Part shown: in pieces, positions 9,177 to 18,592 of the stretch | Layout: each line of letters starts with the position of its first letter | Numbering within the stretch: position 1 is the first letter of the stretch | NCBI GenBank assembly: GCA_951804945.1 | Contig: OX638165.1 | Location: forward strand, 15,438,001-15,502,000 | From: Podarcis cretensis | Taxonomy: Eukaryota | Direction: 5' to 3' | DNA: 64,000 nucleotides | Notes under the pieces: model-generated | What the model was told of the DNA's origin: nothing | The model's database searches: none | What the model saw: the letters and a program-made list of their open reading frames with translations, nothing else | Position numbers and translations under genes: made by a program

Positions 9177-10631
9177 TCAATAACTCCCTTGATCGTCCGG
9201 AGGGGGTTGGTTAGGGGGGTGTAAGGGAGGTGCTGTAGCGTTGGCCCACGGGCGGGGGGATATAGTGATCGCGGGCATTTGAGCCTTTGGTCCTGGTAAG
9301 GGTCTTTGGGTTTGAGCAGGTATAGTTGGAGGTGGCGGTGGTTTGTGGGGGGCAGAGGCTGGCTGAGGGTTGTAAGTGATGGGCGGTGGGTTTCCATATC
9401 CATAGGTTGCATTTGGATGTGGTGTCCCGTAGATCGTGTTATTGAGGTACGGGCAAAACCGCCTAATGTGGCCTTCTTCTTGGCAATAAAAGCATCCGGT
9501 GGTGGTAGGTCCCCAAGGCCTATGGGGATTGGGATTGGGGTTTCCTCCTCCTCGGATTCCCCTCCCTCGGTTGAAGCCCCTGCCCCTACTAGGGTTTAAC
9601 TCCATACTAAGGGCTAGGACTTGTTCGGTTTCAGGTTTGGGGTCCCTTTTCTTCCTCTCATCTCGTGAGTTATAGACTGATTTAGCGATGGAGAGGATTT
9701 CGCTGATACTTTTCCCATCGTATCCTATCTGTAAATTTAAGGCTTTTCTAATATCGGGACAGGCTTGATCTTTAAAGAAGCCTTTCACTATGACTTCGTG
9801 CTGAGAGTTCTCTGGATCAATTCCTCCCCAGGTCTTAATGGCGGATACAAGTCTCGTATAGTAATCGGACGGGTGTTCATTTGCTCCTTGTAGCACAGTC
9901 TGGACTTTCGTCCAGTTAACGGTGCGTTGTCCGGCGGCCTTGATGCCGTCTAAGATTGCCTTTTTAAACAAATTTAAGCACCAGATTCCGTTTGTGGTAT
10001 TATAATCCCATGTCGGTTCGGTGCGCAAGCATTGGGCTGTGAGCGCCGCTAACCCTACCGGGCGTCCTGTCTGATAATCCGGGAGTTCAATCATTTCTCC
10101 GGCTTTGGCTAAAATATCTGCCTTCTCAGCCTCGTTGAAAAGTGCGTTCAGGAGAACGTGAACGTCTGGCCAGGTCGGCTTATGGGTTGAAAATATTGCG
10201 CTGACCTGACGGTGACATTTATCTGGGTCGTCCCTCAATGATGGCATTTGGTTCGACCAAGTTACCAGGTCTGCCGTATAGAATGGTTGGTGGGTATATA
10301 TCATTCGGGGGGCTCCGTCCGGCTGCAACGGTGGGATTGGCAGAGCCCTTAAGGGCATCTGGACGGCCGTAGAGTCCAATTGCCTGGACGTCCCTGGGGT
10401 CTCTTCGGGTCTTTCTAAAGGGAGTGAGGTTCCTAGGGTAGCATTTTGTACCTCCCTGGCTAAGGAGTTGATGTTTTCCGTGATAGCATTCTGTATCTCC
10501 CTTGCTCGTGTCAAAGGGCTGATGTTCTCTGAGGTCGTACCCTGAACTTCTCTAGCCGGTGGGAGGGAGCTAAGGTTTTCCGAGGTAGCATTTTGCATTC
10601 CTTTGGCTCGTTGCCTAGTTATGATTTGACT
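9177..10631 (-). CDS. gag: gag 3' part (spacer repeats, CA, NC, Pro-rich tail)
   Basis: MHR-like VLQGANEHPSDYYTRL, single CCHC knuckle CFYCQEEGHIRRFC; ends at TGA 9177-9179; frame is open back to the G-run at 10632-10641. Confidence 0.92.
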   Translation of the reverse strand, partial: SQIITRQRAKGMQNATSENLSSLPPAREVQGTTSENISPLTRAREIQNAITENINSLAREVQNATLGTSLPLERPEETPGTSRQLDSTAVQMPLRALPIPPLQPDGAPRMIYTHQPFYTADLVTWSNQMPSLRDDPDKCHRQVSAIFSTHKPTWPDVHVLLNALFNEAEKADILAKAGEMIELPDYQTGRPVGLAALTAQCLRTEPTWDYNTTNGIWCLNLFKKAILDGIKAAGQRTVNWTKVQTVLQGANEHPSDYYTRLVSAIKTWGGIDPENSQHEVIVKGFFKDQACPDIRKALNLQIGYDGKSISEILSIAKSVYNSRDERKKRDPKPETEQVLALSMELNPSRGRGFNRGRGIRGGGNPNPNPHRPWGPTTTGCFYCQEEGHIRRFCPYLNNTIYGTPHPNATYGYGNPPPITYNPQPASAPHKPPPPPTIPAQTQRPLPGPKAQMPAITISPRPWANATAPPLHPPNQPPPDDQGSY

Positions 10632-11185
10632 CCCCCCCCCCGTGCCCCTTGTTCCTCTGCCTCTTCGCTGTTATCATTATCCTGGTCATCACTTGGGGCG
10701 GGTGGAACAGTTTGTCTGTAGTAAAAGGGGATAAGCGTTTGTTCCACGGAGTCGTCTATAGGGTGTCCTTCGTAAGGGGGGGGCAGAGGAGACCTCCCAT
10801 GATTTAGGATGGGCAGTTGGTAGGTCGCTCCTCCCTTTGCAACGTGGAGCAGTCCTCGGACGGCTTCGAAAGCGGCTAAATACCCTAGTTGACGGGGTTT
10901 TTCTTCCATCAAGTAGTTTCTTAGATGCCTCAGGCGGTCTTCATTAAAGGAGCCCCCTGTTGGCCACCGTAACTCGGGCTTTGCAGAGGCAGTCCCGGCC
11001 GGCCAGGTTTCTTTACATAGATCTTCTAATTTCTGCTTCGACAGCAAGTTGTGCCCGGGGATAGACTTCCAATAAGAGATGACGAATTCAAGAGGGGAGT
11101 CGGGGTCCCTCTGGGATTCAGATGGCTTCCTTGAAGCCTTCTTCCCGGAGTGAGCCCGCTCATGTTTAGAAGCTTGGGTACCCAT
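10619..11185 (-). CDS. gag: gag 5' part (MA plus p12-like region); frameshifted relative to the 3' part at a G10 run
   Basis: MGTQASK myristoylation-type start, gamma-like MA (LC..TWP, WP..GSF), PPPY late domain. Confidence 0.88.
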   Translation of the reverse strand: MGTQASKHERAHSGKKASRKPSESQRDPDSPLEFVISYWKSIPGHNLLSKQKLEDLCKETWPAGTASAKPELRWPTGGSFNEDRLRHLRNYLMEEKPRQLGYLAAFEAVRGLLHVAKGGATYQLPILNHGRSPLPPPYEGHPIDDSVEQTLIPFYYRQTVPPAPSDDQDNDNSEEAEEQGARGGGVKS

Positions 11186-12128
11186 TTTATTCACGCGTGT
11201 CTGGGTAAAGAGAGGGAGAGGGGGTCGTTAGGGTTTATTTGGGTCTTGGGGATTATCAACAGTTTCCTAACGGGGTTTGAGAGCTCTTTCTACTTATTTC
11301 CTATTCTCTTCCTTTCCTACTTCTTCTTCAATTTCCTGGGGTTTCCTTTCCACTCTGCCAAGTCCCACCCAGTCCTCCCTGGACTATCCCTCCTGGCAAC
11401 CTCCTACCTATCGTCACAAACTTGGGAAAAGGGGGCCCTACTGAACGCCCGCGCCGTGCGGTGCCAGATCGGGTGGTCCCTTGATAGAGTTTTGAACGGA
11501 AAATCCCCCTTGCTTTCGGAAGCGGGCTCACGCACGATTCACGTGTTACGTGGCCCGACCGGTGCGGCTGGGATTGATACAGAAAGTCAGACCCCTTCCT
11601 GCCCCCTCCGTAAGGGCGCTCGGGAAGTTCGGAAGAAGAATTCCAGACCCTTGCTTCAACTGAGAGAGTCCGTTGCGGGGAGTCGGCTATCTTTTCAAGC
11701 CGGGTCTCTCCGTCTTATTTTCGGACCCCCAATTGGTGCAGCTGACTGGAGGGTTTGAGAGGAGAAAGAGATAGAGCTCAGAACCCCCTTTTGGGTTGAG
11801 CAGTGGTCCCCGTTCTCTCTCGCGACGGACCAAGGGAAAAGGTAAGAAGGATCGATAGAGAGGAGGGCAGAGAATTCAGTTGCCAGGAGATTCCACCCCC
11901 TTACCACCAGTGCACTGGGTTTCTCTACTATACTCACGCGTCTTCAACGTTGATCCCGGGATCGATGAATATGCCGGCCGGATTCCCTTTGCTCCTGGGC
12001 TGAACCCTGGGACGTTCGATTACCGCCCGGAAGATGGCCGGGGGTCCTAAGGATCTTCCCAGGCAAAACGGCCTGGTGCCGGCTGAAGATTTCGGGGCCC
12101 CCGGTCAGCAACACGGGAGAACCGCCCT

Positions 12129-12146
12129 GCCCCACGTTGGGCGCCA
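12129..12146 (-). promoter_or_regulatory. Primer-binding site complementary to tRNA-Lys1,2 (CUU)
   Basis: TGGCGCCCAACGTGGGGC, 2 nt after the 5' LTR end. Confidence 0.95.
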
Positions 12147-13170
12147 AATGTTACGGAAAAATTCCGGGTGCTGAGTTTCCTTGCCACCCGGCTCGTCGGA
12201 CAATGTCCGCGGGTCCTAGCGGAAAATGAGTTCAGCCGGAGACAGGAGCAATGAACGGAGATCCCAAGTTTATTGCGCAACAGGTTCAATAAATGGCATT
12301 GAACCCCGAGAGTGGGGCGACATAAACTTTTAAAGGTTCCCTCCAGGTCCCAGAATACAGTGCAGAAAACGTCACATATACATCATAAAGAGGTGGGGTT
12401 ACACGGATCAGCAGTACAAGAAATTGGGTGGTGGTTTACACAAATCAAGGTGGGGGCTACAGAGATCAGCAGTATAATAAGGTAGGCAGAACAGAGATCA
12501 GCAGTATAATAAGGTAGGCAGAGCAGAGATCAGCAGTATAATAAGGTAGGCAGAACAGAGATCAGCAGTATAATAAGGTAGGCAGAGCAGAGATCAGCAG
12601 TATAATAAGGTAGGCAGAGCAGAGATCAGCAGTATAATAAGGTAGGCAGAGCAGAGATTGCCCGGAGTGGTAGAGATATGCATAAACGTTTCCTGAGTAC
12701 AGGTGATGGCAAGACAATGGCAGAGCCATGCATCGCCCATTATCCGGTATTGTCCGGAGGAAGGGCTTGGCTGGACCATCCGACAGGATTAAGGTTTCCC
12801 TGAGTACGTGACCTGTCGGTTCGAGGATTATGGCGTCGAGGGTAGCATCATGGAGTCCGGAGGGAATCGAGTAGAATAACATTAAAATGGAGAAGATCGA
12901 AGCTTTGGCTGATTTTATATTATTTTCCGAAGTTTTCGGCTTCTTGCCGGTCAAGTGTATATTGTAAATTGAGAGCGGAAACAAATGGATACAATGTAAC
13001 AGGAGTTTGACAGTTTTACGAGGTCGCTAGTTTCGGATCCATTGTTGTAGCAGTGGGGGGCCGTCAACACCTTGTCAGGAGGTTAAATGAGGCGTGCAAG
13101 AGCTCCCTGAGCTAGCTCCTGCAGGGGAATGCACGTTCCTGATTGGCTAAAACGCGGCCATTATGGTCAA

Positions 13171-14944
13171 ATCAAATCAAATCAAATCAAAACTTTATTA
13201 GCAAAGCCAACAGGCCACAGCTAGACAAGAATTAAAAATAAAAATAAAAATAAGAATAAAAAGAAGAAAAGAACAGGCAAAAGGGGGTCCGTCAGATGAA
13301 CAAGTCTGTCACTCAGATGGTGGCCCTCAATTTCACAGCTCTCTCGATGTACCTCGCGACCTTCTCTGTTATCTGACTATCCGTATCAGATAAGAGAAAA
13401 TACAGTGTAATGTCTGGTGAACGGCCGGGGTTGGAGAGAATAAGTGGAGTAATAATCTCATTCCTTAGGTCTTTGTAAATAGGGCAAGATAGAAGGACAT
13501 GGGACACTGTTTCCGTGTTACCATCTCCACATGGGCAGAGTCGTTTTTCAAATGGAGTCTTTTGGTAACGACCTTCGAGTACGGCAGAAGGAAGAACATC
13601 CCATCTAGCCAATGTAAAGGCACGTCTGTATTTTGGGATGGTTAATTTAGACAAATATGAGGCTGGGGAGTCAAAATGAGAAGGGGGAAAGTAGGTATAC
13701 CATGGGCACAGTTTCTTTAAGATGGTCAGGTTGTTTTGCCGTTCAATGTCTTTCAGGCGCTGGCCAATTAGACTCTTTGCTTTAATGAGGCCCATTGATA
13801 GTAGGGACTGTGAATGCAAACCGCATGTAAGGAGTTTTTGATGCACAGTTTTGAACCACTTGCTTTTGTGAGAATCTTGCATTACTAGAGGCAGTAGACC
13901 AGGTGGGTTTAGATTAAGACGAAGCCAGTAGTTGAATGTTCTTTGCCAAGTCTGAGTTTCTACAGATGGAAGGCAGGCCTCGAGTCGTAATGCTGCGTTT
14001 GGAACACAGGGGGGGACGCCGAATATCTGCCTTAGAAATTTAGACTGAACAGTTTCAAGACTGGAGCAGTGGTTCCCCGTCCAGATTTGTGCCCCATACA
14101 GTAACTGCGCCAAAGGTTTTGCTTGAAAAACTTCAAGGGCTGCTGGGATGTATCTGCCCCCCTTTGTGTAAAAGAAGCGGGACAGCATCTTAATACTTTG
14201 AGCTGCTTTTTCTTTGGCACATTTTTGATGGACATCCCAGGACCCGGTCGACTGGAACACGATACCCAGATATTTGAAGGCTTTAACCTGTTCAATTGTC
14301 TGGTTATCCATCCTCCAGCTGTACTGTCTGTGTTTCCTTGCAAAAACCATAGTTTTGGTTTTCTGATAGTTTATTGCCAGTTGCTCTCTCCTACAGTATG
14401 CTGAAAATTCACCTATGAGCCTATTTAAGCCTATTCTTGTTCGAGATAGGAGTATCGCATCATCAGCATACAAAAGTACTGATATTGATTTGTCAGCCAG
14501 TTTGGGGGCGTGGAAGTCCGGAGATGACAAACAGTTAACCATATCATTGATGTAAAAGTTAAATAGAACTGGGGCCAGGATGCAACCTTGCTTGACCCCC
14601 TTGCTGACAGGAACTGGTCCTATAAGATGGCCATTTAACGAAGTTCTTACATGCAGCACCGTGTCTTTATATAGACAGCTGATCAGGAATAATAGTCTTT
14701 TGTCTATACTTGATGTGCTCAATTTATCCCAGAGTCTTGCACGTGGAATTGAATCGAAGGCAGCCTTTAGATCGATAAAGGCTGCATATAGCACCCCGCG
14801 GGATTTTTTGGCATATTTATCAATTAAATAGGCTAGGGTGAAGCAGTGGTCTATGGTGGATCTGCCTTGCCTGAAACCCGCTTGCTCTTCCGCTAGAATA
14901 GCTTCAGTTTCCAGCCAGCTAGTTAGCTTAATATAAAGATGTTT
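13171..14944 (-). mobile_element. 5'-truncated non-LTR retrotransposon (RTE-X-like) inserted in the 5' LTR
   Basis: 16-bp TSD CGGCCATTATGGTCAA (13155-13170 / 14945-14960); open RT frame (QAGFR, FIDLKAAFDS, GVKQG, LLYADD) with C-terminal CPCG..HVLLSC; AATAAA then (TTTGA)n tail. Clade assignment is tentative. Confidence 0.92.
13313..14944 (-). CDS. LINE ORF2 fragment (RT plus C-terminal zinc knuckle), uninterrupted from the truncation point to the stop
   Basis: The 493-aa ORF extends in frame upstream (KHLYIKLTSWLETEAILAEEQAGFRQGRSTIDH) to the junction. Confidence 0.88.
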   Translation of the reverse strand, partial: KHLYIKLTSWLETEAILAEEQAGFRQGRSTIDHCFTLAYLIDKYAKKSRGVLYAAFIDLKAAFDSIPRARLWDKLSTSSIDKRLLFLISCLYKDTVLHVRTSLNGHLIGPVPVSKGVKQGCILAPVLFNFYINDMVNCLSSPDFHAPKLADKSISVLLYADDAILLSRTRIGLNRLIGEFSAYCRREQLAINYQKTKTMVFARKHRQYSWRMDNQTIEQVKAFKYLGIVFQSTGSWDVHQKCAKEKAAQSIKMLSRFFYTKGGRYIPAALEVFQAKPLAQLLYGAQIWTGNHCSSLETVQSKFLRQIFGVPPCVPNAALRLEACLPSVETQTWQRTFNYWLRLNLNPPGLLPLVMQDSHKSKWFKTVHQKLLTCGLHSQSLLSMGLIKAKSLIGQRLKDIERQNNLTILKKLCPWYTYFPPSHFDSPASYLSKLTIPKYRRAFTLARWDVLPSAVLEGRYQKTPFEKRLCPCGDGNTETVSHVLLSCPIYKDLRNEIITPLILSNPGRSPDITLYFLLSDTDSQITEKVARYIERAVKLRATI

Positions 14945-16059
14945 CGGCCATTATGGTCAATGGGGAAACAGTATGATACGGTCTACTCATTAGAAATAGG
15001 GGAAACAAGGCTCAAGCGGAGGCTGTATATAGAAGGAAAGATATAAGGAAAAGATATTGTCTATAAAGTGGGGGGTATAGTGTGGTGCTTGTGCAACAGT
15101 GTGGGGGTTCAGGAGTCACGGCAGAGCTGGGTGCCACCGAGGTCATCGCCTCGGGCCCCGTAGTCACACGGAGGAGGGGTGAGGAAAGGTCCCCCCCCCC
15201 CCTCCTTCCGTATCATCACACAGGATCGCTTCCAAATAAGTTGTATTTAAAGCAGGTCCACTGACACGAATTAAGCTAGCCATGTCCATTAATTTCAACC
15301 GGTCTACTCTATAAGTAGGGCTAACTTTTGCAAAAGACCCAGACCTTTTGAGTAAAACTGTGGGATCTGCTAACACAAGATAACCACCAGCTTGGACAGC
15401 TTTAAAGAGCTGTTCAGAAAGATGCTTAGGAGATTGAGGTAATTTTAATCCATATTAGTATTTTAACTATTGTATGTTTTAAAAGTAGTGTTGTGATTTT
15501 TCCCCCTTGCATTTTACTGCTTCAACTTTTGTAAACCGCTTTGAGGGTGTTTAATTTTTTGTAGTATTCTTTTTTTACAACCAAACAGTGTATAAATTTT
15601 ATGAAATAAATAAACAATAAAAGCTCAGACAAGTTGCTGGAAGGCAAGGTAATGCGCTAACTGCAGGATCACTGTGCCAGTATCACTGAATACCAGTTAT
15701 TGGGAGGCAAGAGTGGGAGAGGGCTGTTGTCCTCCTCTCATAAGACAAGCCCTGATGGATCAGGCCCATTGCCCATCTAATCCAGCATCCTTGTTCTCAT
15801 TCTGGACAATAGATGCCAATGGGACGCTTGAAAGCAGGACCTGTGTGCCACGGCGACTCTCCTCAGCAATCGCTAGAAACTTAACAGTCTCCAACAGTGG
15901 AGGGGAGAACATAGCCATTGTGGCTGGTAGCCACAGATTAGCAGCCTTCTGTTCCATGAATTTGCCAAATCCCTTCTTAAAGCCATCCAAGATGGCGGCC
16001 ATCAGGTCATGTTGTCCCGCCATCTGGTTAACCTCTTTCCCCCTCCCCTTCTCCTGCAG

Positions 16060-16129
16060 GCATCAAGCTCTTTGGGAAAGATACATGGGGACGCTGAAAG
16101 CTTGCCTTCTGAAGATGTACCACGACTGA
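16060..16129 (+). CDS. FIBP: FIBP last coding exon
   Basis: Polypyrimidine tract and cag|G; encodes (R)[22 protein letters not shown], the FIBP C-terminus; AATAAA at 16371-16376. Confidence 0.93.
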
Positions 16130-17087
16130 GCTCTGCACTTAGTTCTTTATTTTTTTTGGGGGGGGGGGGGGAGGAAATCACCTTTAGGTGCAACAAGTTC
16201 CAGGCAAGAGAGAACCCGGAGCCCTTCTGCAGGGGAGACGCTTGCTGGCTGCAGCTGTCCTGCACAGACACACACAGTTGTGTGTCCACACACGGCGCGA
16301 CCACCAAGTGTCACTCTTTTCTCTCTACATCTTCAGCAATTAAGGGTTAAAACTGTTGTTGGCGTTGAGAAATAAAGGAGGAGTCCTCACAGATGTTGCT
16401 TGATTTGTCTGATTCTGGATGGCCTGACTGTAAATAGGCCCCACGGCAAATCTATCTATTTTTCCTTCTCTTGTTTTCTTGTTTTCCCCATGTTGAGTTA
16501 CGTTCTCCATGTTTCCACAACCATTTGCAATATTTAGTTGCAAACTGTTCGCTAGCATTATGATGTAACTTTCTCCTCATCTCCAATGTTTGTATGCAAT
16601 TCTGCCAAACCCCCACATTTTTGCAAAGCGATTTTTTTGCTAATATAATACAGTTGCCGGGTTTTGGTTTTTATTTTCATGAACCCATGCACGCTTTCCC
16701 TCAGTCAGTGCATTTTTTATACACATAACTTGTCTGGACATTGCAAAATTTGGAGAGGTGCAGATTTCAAAGGCTGCCTGTGTTTCGCTTCTCATATAGT
16801 TTTGGAAAGTGGAGGATTGGATAGGTTCACCTTTTAAATGTAAACTGAATCATAGTCCCTCTCCCCGACTCCCACATTTCCTACTTAAGAGCATTTGATC
16901 TGAGGTAGCTTGAATTTTCTCTTCAGCACATCAAACCGGTGTGCATCTTTAGTACATAGGAAGCTGCCCAGAGCCAGACGCTTGGTGCATGTAGCTCAGT
17001 GCTGTGAACCCATGGGGCAGGGGGCAGATGCCTCCTTCTAGACCTTTCCTCCTGGCCTTTGGGACTCTCCCCAAGCCACCTTGTGTC

Positions 17088-17313
17088 CAGTGTGGCATAA
17101 TGGTTATAGAGTGTTGGGCTAGGACCTGGGAGAGGCGGCTTCAAATCCTTTCTCAGCCATGAAGCTTGCTGGGTGACCTTGGGCCAGTCACTGCCTCTCA
17201 GACTAATCTACCTCACAAGGTGGTTGTGAAGACGAAATGGGGAGGAGGAGAACGATATGCACCACCTTGAGGTCCTTGGAAGATAAAGGTGATATATAAA
17301 TGCAATAAATAAA
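17088..17313 (+). mobile_element. tRNA/CORE-type SINE (MIR-like); similar copies at ~26445-26620 and ~51665-51800
   Basis: A/B-box-like head, core GGGTGACCTTGGGCCAGTCAC...CTACCTCACA, A-rich tail. Confidence 0.65.
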
Positions 17314-17459
17314 ATATTAATGACTCGTTTATGCCTGCATGGGGGGAATAGAGTGCTGTGTGTGAAACTGACCTACTGTACGTAGGTAAATTTGCCTGTT
17401 TTTCCCCCTTTGTCCCTGGTGGGTTCTGACTACTCTTCCTCCCCCCCCCCCCCCAATTT

Positions 17460-17910
17460 TTCAAATTAATTTTCCAAATTTATAACAAACCTATCAACAA
17501 ATAAGAAAAGAAAACATCAAAAAACAAGCAAGCAAACATAAATCCTAACTGTAATAATTCCACTTTTGTTAACATTGTTGGGTGACTTCCTCAAATCCCC
17601 CTGGCTGAATTTCCATATATATCATTGTAGCAGTTTTCCAAAACTATTTTCCCCTAAAATTTACTTAATCAATTAACCTCTTTTCTTTCTTATCATTTTA
17701 ACTTTAAACATATTATTCTATAACATCACATATTTAAATCCTAAGACAATCCAATACTTGCAAGTAATTCCATTTAAGTTATCTTTAACATATTTAGCTA
17801 AATAGTCTTTAAATTTCTTCCATTCCTCCTGGTACTCCTCCTTCTGGTCACAGACTCTTCCGGTCAGATCGGCTAGCTCCCAAAAGTCCATCATCTTCAT
17901 CTGCCACTGA
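17460..17910 (-). mobile_element. L1-like LINE 3' fragment
   Basis: ORF2 C-terminal-like peptide MMDFWELADLTGRV..EEWKKFKDYL followed by an AT-rich 3' UTR. Confidence 0.6.
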
Positions 17911-18592
17911 CTATTTTTCCTTTTACATCCTGTACAACCCTGTACATCTCACCCCCTCCTGCGCACCTGCCCTGCTGGAGGAGACAGAAATCGGGATGTT
18001 ACAGGCAGGTTAATCGTGCCCCCCAGCCAGCTGCCTCCCTTCCTCATTCCTTTCTAGCAACTCTGCGGGCGGGAACAGTTTTCTCTCCATCATTGCACCT
18101 GGCATGGGCCTGCAAGGAGTTCTCTGTAGCAGAGGAGAAGCAGGAAGCCAGATTCTAGGCCTAGTGATCAGATGGGAGCAGGGCCTAGCAGCGAGGCAGA
18201 GCTGGTGGTGCAGAATGGAGGGGTGGGGTGCCCTGCCTTTAACCCACCAACCCCAATTCCACTTTGTGGGTATGGAGAAGTGCGGTTACTCAGGAGTAAA
18301 AAAGGGATTCTAGTTTCACAGGCCCAAGTTGGGGAGGCAGTAGGGACAGACTAAAGGCTGTGGTTCGGTGCTAGAGCATCTGTTTTTCAGCGATAAGGCC
18401 CTGAGTTCAGTCCTCTGCATCTCCAGCTGAGGCTTGTAGGGATTCCCGGCACCCTGGACAGTTGCTGACAGTCGATGTTGACATTCACTGAGCTAGATCA
18501 GCCAATGGTCTGAACTGATAATGAGGCCTGTTCCCATATTCCTATTTAAGTCAGCATCGCCACCCATAAAAAACAGGTTTGTTTCATGTGTA

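Larger units (their letters stand above)
1308..15215 (-). mobile_element. Full-length class I (gamma/epsilon-like) endogenous retrovirus, antisense in the last FIBP intron
   Basis: Paired TG...CA LTRs, PBS, gag-pro-pol-env order, PPT; RT motif YVDD, gamma-type Env (CWIC, CX6CC), GPY/F integrase motif. Confidence 0.97.
12149..15215 (-). repeat. ERV 5' LTR (1277 bp net), interrupted by a LINE at 13171-14944
   Basis: 12149-13170 plus 14961-15215 reconstitute the 3' LTR sequence; adjacent to the PBS. Confidence 0.96.

Noticed and set aside
11150-11758. 202-aa + strand ORF antisense to the leader; also a possible glyco-Gag extension
   Set aside because: No recognisable domain; the gag frame has a TAA about 16 codons upstream of its ATG, so there is no glyco-Gag
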